DNA of 63,388 nucleotides, filler included, from Octopus bimaculoides (Eukaryota): the NCBI RefSeq assembly GCF_001194135.2. It is 4 parts of 4 records of this genome, joined end to end, with 100 filler letters (N's around TTAATTAATTAA, not from the genome) between each part and the next. Parts side by side here need not be neighbours in the genome. Positions count along the whole stretch, not along the records: positions 1 to 19,502 come from NC_068990.1; 3 more parts are not named here. One strand, 5' to 3'. The notes beneath the pieces were generated by a model, which worked only from the letters and a program-made list of their open reading frames with translations, searched no databases and was not told the DNA's origin. Of this stretch, positions 1-12,060 are shown in pieces. How positions within the stretch are numbered: position 1 is the stretch's first letter; each line of letters begins with the position of its first letter. Made by a program: the position numbers and the translations under genes.

Positions 1-903
1 GGCCATTGTCTGTTTGTTTCTCAATTCTTTGGATGCCCTCCTTTGCAGGTAAATTGGCTGGGTCCATCCTGAGGGCTATACTGTAGTGATTGACAGCCTC
101 CAGTGCTTCGTTGGTCTGTGACAGGAAGTCCCCGAGCATTTGATGGAGATGGCAGGTGTTGTGGTGGACCAGGGTCTTGCGAAGTAGTTCAATAGCCTTG
201 TCGTACTGCTGTTCCTTGCCCAGTATCACAGTCATCACATACACAGCCTCCAAATATGAACTGTCCAGTTTCATTGCTTTCTCGACATATTGTTTGGCCT
301 TTATTGCTGTTGTAGGTTCTTCAGACAGTACAGAGGCATAGAGTGTCAAAGATCTTGCATTGTTACCCAACTATCTCACTGCTTTCCCAGCTAAATTGAT
401 CGCCTCTCTGGGTCGGTGGCTGGCCATATAACAGTCAATTAAACCTTTGTGCGCTTCAAATCTGTATGGGGCCAGCGTGATGGCTTCCCTAAAATGTGAT
501 GCAGCATCTTGCATCTTCTTTAGCTCAAGCAATGCAAAACGCTTTAAGAGCAAAGCTTCAATGTTTCGGTTATCAATAGTGTATGCCTTCTGAGCAAAGT
601 AAACTGCCTTCGGCACAGCCTTTACCACCTTCCTGTTGGCCATACAGTAGTAGCCAATGACTACCCATGGCTCAGGGATGTGTTCGTTGCCATACATCAC
701 ATGGTTTGCTAAACTTTCCAGTTCTGTCATCTTTTTCTCTTTCAGGTAAAGGTAGGCCAAAGTGTCCATGTTTTTCACGTTGAGACGGTCAGTAAGGTGA
801 GCCTTTTGGAAGAGTTGCATAGCTTGTGTGTAGTCACCGTTGAGGAAGTGGGCCTCGCCCAAGGAGAAAAGAAGTCGGACATTATTTTTCAGGTATGGAT
901 ATA
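1..903 (-). pseudogene. ANAPC7: Intronless, 5'-truncated copy of anaphase-promoting complex subunit 7 (TPR region) with an in-frame TAG at 371-373; probable processed pseudogene
   Basis: One minus-strand frame reads PYLKNNVRLLFSLGEAHF...EPWVVIGYY...ALLLKRFAL...HFREAITLAPYRFEAHKGLIDCY...KAVR*LGNNARSLTLYASVL...HLHQMLGDFLSQTNEALEAVNHYSIALRMDPANLPAKEGIQRIEKQTDNG to the window edge. It matches recalled human APC7 motifs (EPWVVSG, HFREAIRLAPCR, LGANAQTLTLL, LHRILGDFL, YSIALSLDP). No introns over 900 bp and no splice acceptor at the 5' end. Confidence 0.85.
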
Positions 904-938
904 TGCATATATTTATATATTACATGCATACATATATA

Positions 939-1170
939 CAGTAATCCCTCAACTATCACAGGTTTTATATTCCAAAACCTCCCACAGAAATAATTAAAAT
1001 CTAAAAAAATCTAAATACCTATCAACCACAGAAACCCGTGGTATACTGAGGATTTTGCAAAATAAATTTACTTATATTAGCCAGAAAAATCTGCAATGTA
1101 CTGAGTGCATGATAGGTGAATTGTGATGTAATGACTGCACAATAAGTGAACAGTGATATGGCGAGGGATT
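939..1170. mobile_element. Terminus of a Tigger/pogo-type DNA transposon or MITE; other end probably lies in the N gap
   Basis: TA followed by CAGTAATCCCTCAACTATCACAGG, a Tigger-like TIR start; runs into the gap at 1171. Confidence 0.5.
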
Positions 1171-1840
1171 NNNNNNNNNNNNNNNNNNNNNNNNNNNNNN
1201 NNNNNNNNNNNNNNNNNNNNNNNNNNNNNNNNNNNNNNNNNNNNNNNNNNNNNNNNNNNNNNNNNNNNNNNNNNNNNNNNNNNNNNNNNNNNNNNNNNNN
1301 NNNNNNNNNNNNNNNNNNNNNNNNNNNNNNNNNNNNNNNNNNNNNNNNNNNNNNNNNNNNNNNNNNNNNNNNNNNNNNNNNNNNNNNNNNNNNNNNNNNN
1401 NNNNNNNNNNNNNNNNNNNNNNNNNNNNNNNNNNNNNNNNNNNNNNNNNNNNNNNNNNNNNNNNNNNNNNNNNNNNNNNNNNNNNNNNNNNNNNNNNNNN
1501 NNNNNNNNNNNNNNNNNNNNNNNNNNNNNNNNNNNNNNNNNNNNNNNNNNNNNNNNNNNNNNNNNNNNNNNNNNNNNNNNNNNNNNNNNNNNNNNNNNNN
1601 NNNNNNNNNNNNNNNNNNNNNNNNNNNNNNNNNNNNNNNNNNNNNNNNNNNNNNNNNNNNNNNNNNNNNNNNNNNNNNNNNNNNNNNNNNNNNNNNNNNN
1701 NNNNNNNNNNNNNNNNNNNNNNNNNNNNNNNNNNNNNNNNNNNNNNNNNNNNNNNNNNNNNNNNNNNNNNNNNNNNNNNNNNNNNNNNNNNNNNNNNNNN
1801 NNNNNNNNNNNNNNNNNNNNNNNNNNNNNNNNNNNNNNNN

Positions 1841-1955
1841 ATTAGATTGGAGCCTGGTGTAGCCATCCGGTTGCACCAGTCCTCAGTCAAATCGTCCAAC
1901 CCATGCTAGCATGGAAAGCGGACGTTAAACGATGATGATGATGATGATGATGATA
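1841..1955 (+). mobile_element. RTE-class LINE 3' tail (young high-copy family)
   Basis: GATTGGAGCCTGGTGTAGCC...CATGCTAGCATGGAAAGCGGACGTTAAAC(GAT)n, nearly identical to the copies at 34.0, 48.8, 52.5 and 55.4 kb. Confidence 0.8.
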
Positions 1956-2017
1956 TATATATATACACACACACACACACATACATATATGTTATATCTT
2001 ATACATACATATATAAT

Positions 2018-2690
2018 TTTGACAGAGTGCCCCGCTCTGTTATATGGTGGTCTCTAAGGAAGTTAGGAGTAGAGGAGTGGCTTGTTAAAGCTGTACAAGC
2101 CATGTACAGGGGTGCTGTCAGAAAGGTGAGAGTTGGCCAAGAATACAGTGATGAATCTACATACAGGTAGGGGCTCACCAGGACTCAGTTCTCAGCCCAC
2201 TCTTATTCATTATAGTCCTCCAGGCCATAACAGAGTAATTCAAAACTGGATGTCCATGGGAACTAATATATGCTGATGATCTTGCTCTTATTGCAGAATT
2301 TTTAGCAGAATTGGAGAAGAAGAAGAAACTCCTGGTATGGAAACGAAAGCTGAAGTCGAACGGCCTTAAAGTTAATCTAGCTAAGACCAAAGTCTTTCTG
2401 TCAGGTAAATGGCCCTGCTCAATGTGTAGGAAAGGAGTTGGAAGAAATTCCATTCACTGCACCCAGTGTAAACTATGGACATATAAGAGGTGCAGTGGAC
2501 ATGGAAGAGGTGCATTAGATTAACAGATAAAGTCGTCTTGTATGTGCCAGATGTACAGGAACAATAAGCACTAAGAGCATATGGGACTTAGATTCTCCCA
2601 AATGCCCAAGAAGCTCTCTTGAGGTTGTAGATAGTTTCTATTTACCTAGGTGACCATATTAACTATGGTGGGGGATGTTCTTGTGGGGGA
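2018..2690 (+). mobile_element. Degenerate RTE-clade non-LTR retrotransposon reverse transcriptase fragment
   Basis: FDRVPRSVIWWSLRKLGVEEWLV...SVLSPLLFIIVL...PWELIYADDLALIAE...GLKVNLAKTK...KWPCSMCRKGVGRNSIHCTQC; YADD motif present, with stops and frameshifts. Confidence 0.9.
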
Positions 2691-2810
2691 ATAGTTCTGG
2701 TTGGATAACTAAACCTAGATATCATGTAGGGAGATCTTGAAGGTTAACAGGTCCCCAACCAAAGATGAAATCTGTAGGAGTCTCCCACACAGTACAATAT
2801 TACTTATATT

Positions 2811-3486
2811 GATTTCAAATTTTGGCACAAGGCCAGAAAAGTCAGAAGAGGGGGTTAAGTCGATTACATTGACCCCAGTGTTGCACAGGTACTTATTTCA
2901 TCGATCCTGAAAGAATAAAAGTCAAAGTTGACCTTGGCAGAATTTGAACTCAGGACGTAAAGATGGATGAAACACCACAAAGCATTTTGCATAGTGTGCT
3001 AATGATTCTACCAGCTCGCCATCTTACAATATTATTTATATTAGCAAGGTGGCGAACTGGCAGAAACGTTAGCACGCTGGACAAAATACTTAGGGGTATT
3101 TCGTCTGTCTTTACGTTCTGAGTTGAAATTCTGCTGATGTTGACTTTGCTTTTCATCCTTTTGGGGTCGATAAAGTAAGTACCAGTTGCATACTAGGGGT
3201 CGATCTAATCAACTGGACCCCTCGAGCCTTGTGCCTAGAATAGAAAACAATATAACTACGTATTAAGGAGGCGAGCTGGCACAAATGTTAGCATGTCGGA
3301 CGAAATGCTTACGGGTATTTCATCTTTCTTTACATTCTGAGTTTATAGTCTGTTAATGTCGACTTTGCCTTTCATATTTTCAGGGTCGGTAAATTAAGTA
3401 CCAGCTGTGTACTGGGGTTGATCTAATCGACTGGACCCCTCCCCCAAAATTTTGGGCCTTGTGCCTCGAGTAGAAAAGAATATTAC
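2811..3486. mobile_element. Cluster of three tRNA-derived SINEs, family A (one minus, two plus)
   Basis: Head GG(C/T)GAGCTGGCAGAA..GTTAGCA, B-box-like GAGTTCAAAT(T/C)C and central GACTTTGCCTTTCATCCTTT(C)GGGGTCGATAAA.TAAGTACCAG. Confidence 0.85.
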
Positions 3487-4038
3487 TTATATTGGAATGA
3501 GATCATCAATTGACAAATGCATGGGATTTATAGTTTGTTTCAATCGATTCCTATTAAACAGTGTGTATAATTGGAGGAATGGAAGGTAGGATTTGAACTC
3601 AGAATCTGAAGGGATGTAAATAAACACAATAAATCTTTTAAGATTTTGTATGCACACACAAACATCATATCTCTGTGCAAATATACATACATATATTACA
3701 TACACACATATATATGTATGTACAAATATATATATATATATATATATACATATATATATACATACTTACATACATACACACACATATGTATATATATGTA
3801 TACACACACACACATACATACATGTGTACATGTGTGTGTTTAATGTATAAAGACAATGATATCCATATAAACCACCATAGTTGGAAATCAATATTTTGGT
3901 AAATTCTGGCTGTCCATCACTTCAGTTTACAGACCCCTATTTCATTTCTCCACCTCTCTCTCTCTCTTTAACAATTTATCTGCCTTTTTATCTTCACATT
4001 TACTCTGTCCTCTCTCAGTCTATTCATCTACTCTTCCG

Positions 4039-4108
<70 letters not shown>

Positions 4109-4793
4109 ACTTCTCTATCTTTTTCTTTCTCATCCAGTACTAATTTATCTGTCTATCGCTCTCTCTTTCTCCCACATAGACTATCTATCTGTCCAATTCT
4201 TTCCTTTGGAATACGTCTGTATGTCTCTCAATCCAATCAGTAGTATTATTTCTATAAATAAATTAATTTTAGATTTCCTCTCATGTGTGTGTGTGTGTGT
4301 GTGTGTGTGTGAGTGTGTTTGTGCATGTGTATGTGTGTGCATGTGTGTGTATGTGTATGTGTGTATTTATCTGTGTGTATGTATCTTTTTTAGCTGTTTG
4401 AGGATGATTTACTCTGGCTGACGAAAACTACCACTCACACGCACACGCACACACACATACACAGATACACACACAGTATCACAGTCTACATCAGTCTAAA
4501 TCATGCTTTCCAAAACATAATGGAATTTTGTGATCTATAAAGACAGTGCCAGCTACAGGGATATTCAATTTATTTTTAGAACTGAAATGGACGGCAGTAA
4601 AATATCTTTGACAGTTTCTGTTTACGAATGACACCAAAACCTATTATGATTATGGCAGGTGGAAGCTCCTCAGTCGTTGAGGAATATTGCAAGAATCATT
4701 TGGAGTCCAAATAGAAATTTCACGCACTACTGAAACTTGCTGAATAATGTATTTGATCTTCCACCTGAAACTTATCTGGCTTTAAGCCAGTCA

Positions 4794-4843
<50 letters not shown>

Positions 4844-4964
4844 TATATATACATACATACACACATATATATGTACATATATATACGTATAATTATACAC
4901 ACATATACATATATATATATACACACACACACACATATGTATATGTATATATAAATATATTCAA

Positions 4965-5008
<44 letters not shown>

Positions 5009-5018
5009 NNNNNNNNNN

Positions 5019-5059
<41 letters not shown>

Positions 5060-5136
5060 TGGCATACAAATATATAAGCATACCTATGTGATAGATACAC
5101 AGAAATAAGTATACACATGCACATACAAATATACAA

Positions 5137-5180
<44 letters not shown>

Positions 5181-5369
5181 GTGAGTATATATATATACAT
5201 ACATACACACAGAGAAAGAGAGAAACAGAGAGATAGAACACATATACACATACGCACAAAGAAAGATTGATAAATGTGATAGATACTCTCACATAGATAT
5301 ACACATATAGATGATAAACATCTATATATATCTATATCTATATATAGATAAGTAGATTTATAAATATAC

Positions 5370-5484
5370 CTGGTGAGTGAGGAAGATGGCAATTTTTCTT
5401 CTGGTGACTGTGAAGAAACACATTCTTTTCCAAGGAGAGAATATATACCATTCTTCTACAACTCCTATGATTCTTGCAGCAATG
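5370..5484 (-). CDS. Candidate coding exon of an unidentified gene (115 bp)
   Basis: Acceptor ttttcatttactattttaag and donor CCAG|gtatat. Frame 0 is open (HCCKNHRSCRRMVYILSLEKNVFLHSHQKKNCHLPHSP) and in phase with 6513-6599. No homology recognised. Confidence 0.3.
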
Positions 5485-6512
5485 CTTAAAATAGTAAATG
5501 AAAAGGCATTTTTTTTCTCCTGCTATTTCTACATTCTGCCCCTTTATATTGTGTTTTCAACCTTAATTCTTTCCCGAAAGTAGTATTCAAACTTTCATGA
5601 CAGGAATTGTTTGTACTATGTTAAGTCACACTCTTTTCAAATCATCTAACCCATGCCGGCATGGAAAACAGATATTAAATGATGATGATGATCACACACA
5701 CACACACACAAGTATTCATAATACATAATACAACAAAATTACAAGTTCCCTGTCAGCCACTATAGATTTATCCCTCTCTCTTCCTCCACTGCACATATCC
5801 AAGTAGCCGGTGTCACACCCATGTGAGCCATGAGTTATATTTTGTTTATTGGGTGAAATGATTTTAGTTGTCCTAACCAAAAAAGAAGGGGATGCACCTA
5901 TGTCTTTACAGGTCCTCCAAGACTCTGTTATATGGTACTCATAAGCAACCTCTTATACCTGTGAACTCACTGGAAAGGAAGTTATGCACTCATGATTTTG
6001 CAGGCCCTTTATGACTGACAGAGTTAACTGAAGAAAGGGACTTGTTTCATGATCTTCAAAGGCACATCTTAGACCTGGGAACTCACTGGTCATGTAATTC
6101 ATTTTATTGTCTCCACATCGCTATGATTATATTCTTTGAAATATCACATAATTTCATTGCTTCTCCATCCTTCACAGTAGAAGTGTTAATGCCACTCACC
6201 CTGCTGAAGAGAATTAGCCTCCATGAGTCATGTGTCAGTGCTACGTAAAAGCACCCAGCACACTGTGAAGGGTTTAGCATTAGGAAGAGCATCCAGCTGT
6301 GGAAATCAAGCCAGATCAGACTGGAACCTCGTGCAGCTCTCCTGCTTGCCAGCTCTGGTGAAATTGTCTCACCCATGCTGGCATGGAAAACATGTTAAAT
6401 GATGATGATGATCACACGCACACACACACACACATGAGACAAGAAATCATGAATTTTTATTTATCTATGGATTTCGGTTACTAGTTTCAAGGGTGACAGG
6501 GTCAGTTCTTAC

Positions 6513-6599
6513 CTCATCCACTGATATATGATTTGTCTTCAGGAATTTGGCATTAGTATTGTAGTTATATATGTTGTTCCTGATTCTCAATGGAAATAT
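6513..6599 (-). CDS. Candidate coding exon of an unidentified gene (87 bp, phase 0-0)
   Basis: Acceptor cttaacag and donor GAG|gtaaga. Only one frame is open (IFPLRIRNNIYNYNTNAKFLKTNHISVDE). No homology recognised. Confidence 0.3.
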
Positions 6600-6640
6600 C
6601 TGTTAAGATTATCATATTAATTCATAACACAATTAAAGAC

Positions 6641-8271
6641 TGTAGTAACGCTGTGCGCATGCGTAGTCTCACGCATGCGTGGAATTCAACATCCAAGCTT
6701 TCCCGCTTTATTCTGTCTCTTTCTCGACTGGCCAGCGATTGAGCAAGGACGTGTCTAGCTGTCTCTCTCCATCTTTCGAACTCACGCTAGACAGCTCACA
6801 TCAACATACCAACGTCCCAACAACCATGTTCTCACACACAGAAGGCGTCTCAACAACNNNNNNNNNNTCTCCATCTTTCGAACTCACGCTAGACAGCTCA
6901 CATCAACATACCAACGTCCCAACAACCATGTTCTCACACACAGAAGGCGTCTCAACAACCAAGAGTAAAGCAGTATATTTTCCACCTTAAATAAATATTG
7001 TTTGTGTTGATAGTTTGGAGTTCTGCGTTCCGTTCATTCTAATTTAATATAGGAAAGCAGGTGTACATCTAATGATGTATAACCCACATTCCTATAGTGG
7101 TGACCCCGACGTGAGAACAAACGCGGCCATGGATTCTGGACTACCAACCAATAATACTATACGAGACGTCAAATTCATTTTTACACAGCGTCGTCTACTT
7201 GCTAAAAATAGCAGCAACATGCTCGTCACATGCGAACAATTTCATCTTGGGTTAAAAATTTCTTCAAGGTTTTCGCTAATGGTCGTACAGATTGTGTCTG
7301 TCGACCGTCTGTAACAACGTACCTTTTCGAACACCACTGTCAACATTACCACCACACATACAGAACAGCCAGTTTTACAGTGACGACATCAACACCACTA
7401 TCAACTACGAGCATTCCCCCGACGTCGCCAACAGTTTCAACAGGACATCATTACCACCATACATACAGAACACAGCTACAGCTATAACCAGTTCCTGCGC
7501 CGACGTCTTCACCATCAATGTACTGTCTACCACAATGTCGTGCGCCAACAACCCCACCACCAGGGACACACCAGATTAACACACTCGGTTTTATCTTCAC
7601 TGTATGAGTGGAATATCCACTCACGCACAACAGTCAGAGCTAGCCGACTAGGATATTTAGTACCAGGTAACAGGTCGCAATCTCGCATCGATGCTCAACT
7701 ACAGCTCTGCCAACTGACTACGACTTCCTGTGTACGGACATTCAACTTGTGTAATTCTTTTACGAACTGGATATATAGTTTTTTGTCTCTACAGACACTT
7801 TTAATATGTTCTGTGTTTTTCTCACACACACTTGTGCACTCATATATTTTCTTTCCTTTCAGTANNNNNNNNNNNNNNNNNNNNNNNNNNNNNNNNNNNN
7901 NNNNNNNNNNNNNNNNNNNNNNNNNNNNNNNNNNNNNNNNNNNNNNNNNNNNNNNNNNNNNNNNNNNNNNNNNNNNNNNNNNNNTTATTCTGTCTCTTTC
8001 TCGACTGGCCAGCGATTGAGCAAGGACGTGTCTAGCTGTCTCTCTCCATCTTTCGAACTCACGCTAGACAGCTCACATCAACATACCAACGTCCCAACAA
8101 CCATGTTCTCACACACAGAAGGCGTCTCAACAAACAAGAGTAAAGCAGTATATTTTCCACCTTAAATAAATATTGTTTGTGTTGATAGTTTGGAGTTTTG
8201 CGTTCCGTTCATTCTAATTTAATATAGGAAAGCAGGTGTACATCTAATGATGTATAACCCACTTTCCTATA
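6641..8271 (+). mobile_element. Non-autonomous TRIM-like LTR retroelement
   Basis: 5' LTR 6641-7096 (TGTAG...CTATA) and 3' LTR visible at 7985-8271, about 3 differences by eye. PBS TGGTGACCCCGACGTGA (7098-7114) is complementary to the tRNA-Trp 3' end. AGAC TSD at 6637-6640 and 8272-8275. About 0.8 kb internal region with no gag/pol motifs. Confidence 0.85.
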
Positions 8272-9364
8272 AGACAATTAAAGACCCATATCAACTACAT
8301 AAATAGAAGTCACAAGTTCAGTTCTTCGTTGGATGAATAATTACATGTTGGGCCAGTCGCATTTCCATTGTGGTTTTCACTGTAAATATGGTTAATAATG
8401 GTTTCAAATTTTGGCACAAAATCAGCAAGTTTAGAGGTAAGGTTTGTAGTGTATGCTTGAAGGAAATTCCTCTCTCTCCCTGTTATATATACATGAATAC
8501 GGACGTATTGGATGGTATTGGCGCAACTTGTCTCTTGCTCTATTGTGCACCAATATGCAACCCAACCAATCACTGATAAGGTCACGTGAGACAGTCTCTT
8601 CTAAACCTCAGTTTGCGCCAACTGCTCCCTATAAAACTTTAGTGACACAGCAAGTTGAAGACTTTTGGTTCCAGACCGTTTTAGGTGTAGCTACTGACCA
8701 CACAGGACACAGCCAGTTCCAGCAATGACACAACAGTAGCTACATGGAGACTCATCAACTTCATCCAAGCAGCATTCAGTGACCTCCATTTCTGTCGCCA
8801 GCATTCGTCCTAACATCAACATCATCTCTCTACGTACACCACGACCAGCAACACTTGCACAGGTTCCAGCACAATACTTTTGTGAATTACTTTACCATGG
8901 TTAACAGCGAATAGAACCTGCGACAACCTCCTGTAACAAGAGACCGGCAACAGCATAGTAGCCACAACTTCTAATATGACATGTGCCTCAACCGGCTCTG
9001 CATTACTGCCACAACTTCTTGATACAGCATCTCAACTATCGTGTACATTGACTACGAACTCGTATTTATCATCCTTGTGTCTGAACATTCTTCTAACGCC
9101 ATATAGACTCTTTCAATGCTCTGTACTTATCGCACACGCATACATCCATGTTTGTACATACACGGCCTATCTATTATTATGTTTATATGAGGCACACACA
9201 GACACATATGTTAACCTATCAATAAAATCTTCTCTTAAACATTCTACCTGGTTCTGTTTCTCTTTTCCTTCTGGCACTTACACTCATTTATCCTGTTCAT
9301 ATTTATTGTATCGACTGTGTGATGTGTGCAAAGGAGCCATTCTCGTCACTTTCACTTCGCACGG

Positions 9365-9545
9365 TCGTTTACAGGGTAAATCAATTACATCGACCCCATT
9401 GTTCAACTGGTACATATTCTATTGACCCTGAAAAAATGAAAGGCAAAGTCGAACTCAGTGGATTTTGAACTCAGAACATGACAACTGACAAAATGCCATG
9501 AAGCATTTTGCCCAGCGTGCAAACAATTCTGCCAGCTCATTGCCT
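9365..9545 (-). mobile_element. SINE family A copy
   Basis: Reverse complement of the family A head and core (GAAAGGCAAAGTCGA...GAACTCAGAAC...TGCCAGCTC). Confidence 0.75.
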
Positions 9546-10062
9546 TATCTCCATGATAAATAATAAAAAAAAGATGATGAGAACTGTGGGTAGAGCATCA
9601 GACAAAATGTCTTGTGGAATTTAATTATATTTTGTTACATTCTGATTTCAAATCACACTGAAGTCGAGTTTGCCTTTCATTCTTTTGGGATTCATCAAAA
9701 CAAAATACAATTCAGGGACTGAGGTCAATTAGACAGACTGCCCCCAATATATGGGCTTTAGCCAACATTAAAAGTCAATAAACAAAAACATGATATTTCT
9801 ATCATATGTCCTGATGCTCCAACAAAATATTATAAATATCCATTAACCGCTGCTATCACATGACATATAAAGAAAGGGAAATAATCAATTTATCGTTTGG
9901 CCTCTGGGCAATCTTTTAATTACTTTATTAATTGAGTAGTCCATTAATTAACTGTTTAAACTAATTTACAAAATTATAATATCACATACAACTGAAGGCA
10001 TGAGGAGAAACTCTTATTAAAAGGTGGGAGAAAAAGTGTATATACTGAGATATCTGTGTGTG

Positions 10063-10122
<60 letters not shown>

Positions 10123-10137
10123 ATACTCGAATGTATG

Positions 10138-10171
<34 letters not shown>

Positions 10172-10630
10172 CACACACATATACATATATGTATAAATTT
10201 ATATGTATGTGTGTGCGTGTGTGTATATATGCATGCACATACACATATACATACATATATACATCCATATATGTATAGACAAATATATACATATACAAAT
10301 ACAGATATATATTTGTATGTGTATGTGTGTGTACACATTAATTATACAATCATAACCTATATAGATCCTGTGATTAACTCCATTTCCTGCTGTTGATGTG
10401 AGAACTATTTTCCCTTGGAGCAATTGCTAGTATATCATATGTACTTTCTATGAAATATTTTCACATATTATCTCAACATATAGGATAAAGTGTTTTGCTT
10501 AGAGACATGTCAAAAAACCCTAGTAAAATACTCTTAAGTGATATCAACATATGATCCACTATATTGATCCTTCCATCATTTACTGGTGTCCAAAGCTCCT
10601 CAATAATTAGTAAATACATGTGATGCAGCT

Positions 10631-10925
10631 GCGGAGGCGCAATGGCCCAGTGGTTAGGGCAGCGGACTCGCGGTCGGAGGATTGTGGTTTCGATTTCCAG
10701 ACCAGGTGTTGTGTGTGTTTATTGAGCGAAAACATCTAAAGCTCCATGAGGCTCCAGCAGGGGGTGGTGGTGACCCCTGTTGTACTCTTTTGCCCCAACT
10801 TTCTCTCACTCTTTCTTCCTGTTTCTTGAGGAACGCTGCGATGGACTGGCGTCCCATCCAGCTGGGAGGAACACATACACTATAGAAACCGGCTCATGAG
10901 CCTGGCTAGGCTTGAAAAGGTCGCA
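10631..10925 (+). mobile_element. tRNA-derived SINE family C
   Basis: Head GGCGCAATGGCCCAGTGGTTAGGGCAGCGGACTCGCGG...TTCGATT; shares its first ~190 bp with 43718-44082 (minus); carries GATGGACTGGCGTCCCATCCAG, also seen at 42.7 and 60.7 kb. Confidence 0.8.
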
Positions 10926-11018
10926 TAAATAAAATAAAATAATGTGCTGCAGCTGGAGTTACTTTTTATTGTAATTTGCATGGTAATCAATAGCTGGCAA
11001 TAATGCTTTTTCTTCTTA

Positions 11019-11237
11019 AGGTGGTGAGCTGGCAGAAATGTTAGCATGCTGGGTGAAATGCTTAGTGGTATTTCGTCTGTCTTTACATTCCGAGTTCAAA
11101 TTCCATCAAGGTCAACTTCACCTTTCATTCTTTTGGGGTTGATAAATTAAGTACCAGTTGCATACTGGGGTCAGTCTAATCAACTGGCCCTCCTCCCAAA
11201 AAATTTCAGGCCTTGTGCCTAGAGTAGAAAAGAATAA
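11019..11237 (+). mobile_element. SINE family A copy
   Basis: Complete head, core and tail (GGTGAGCTGGCAGAA...GGCCTTGTGCCTAGAGTAGAAAAGAAT). Confidence 0.85.
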
Positions 11238-11239
11238 TA

Positions 11240-11704
11240 CTTTTTCTGGTTTCAGTTATTGGACTGCAGCCATACTGGAGCACTACCTTTAAGGGTTTAG
11301 CTGAATAGATTAAACCCAGGACTTATTTTTTAAAGCTTGGTATTTATTCTGTTAGTCTCCTTTTGATGAACTACTAAGTGATGGAGAGGTAAACGATCCA
11401 ACACCAGTTGTCAAGCAGTGCTGGAGGGCAAGCAGAAAACAAACACAGACACACCTACACTCATATGTATACATGTGTGTATGCATCTATTCTTTTATTT
11501 GTTTCAGTCATTTGACTTCGGCCATGCTGGAGCACTGCCTTTAGTCAAACAAATCAACCCCAGGACTAATTCTTTGCAAGCCTAGTACTTATTCTATCAG
11601 TCTCTTTTACCAAACCGCTAAATTACGGGGATGATGTAAACACACCAACATCGGTTGTCAAGCGATAGTGGGGGGGGGGGAGAAACAGGCACACAAACAT
11701 ATAC

Positions 11705-11756
<52 letters not shown>

Positions 11757-12060
11757 GAATGGCTTCTTTCAAATCTACTCACAAGGCTTTGGTCGGTTTG
11801 AGGCTATAGTAGAAGACACTTGCCCAAGGTGCCACACAGGATCAGCTGGACGCAGTTTGTGACAATGTTGTAACCTTGAATTATAGAGACAATCCACCAG
11901 AAGGACTTCTGTGCAATTTGTGATGAACCAGTTACATTCACAAGGTATGGACTGATCTGCAACTATAAAAAAATGACACTTGCCCAAGTTGCCATGCAGT
12001 GGTACTGAACCTAACACCTTGTGGTTGTGAATTGAAATTCTTAACTATTTAACCATACCG
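11240..12060 (-). mobile_element. Fragments of SINE family B, which has an internal microsatellite
   Basis: TTTCAGTCATTTGACT..GGCCATGCTGGAGCAC tail, internal (TA)n, and head fragments GACACTTGCCCAAGGTGCCA. Confidence 0.75.

Noticed and set aside
6769-6960. About 90-bp direct repeat inside the 5' LTR (similar cases at 22201-22328 and 38328-38436)
   Set aside because: Each duplication flanks a 10-N gap exactly; this is unmerged contig overlap, not biology.
10631-10710. tRNA-like sequences at SINE heads (also 25660-25730, 39290-39350, 42550-42610, 44010-44082, 60581-60650)
   Set aside because: A/B boxes are present, but there is no complete cloverleaf and each continues into SINE body; not tRNA genes.
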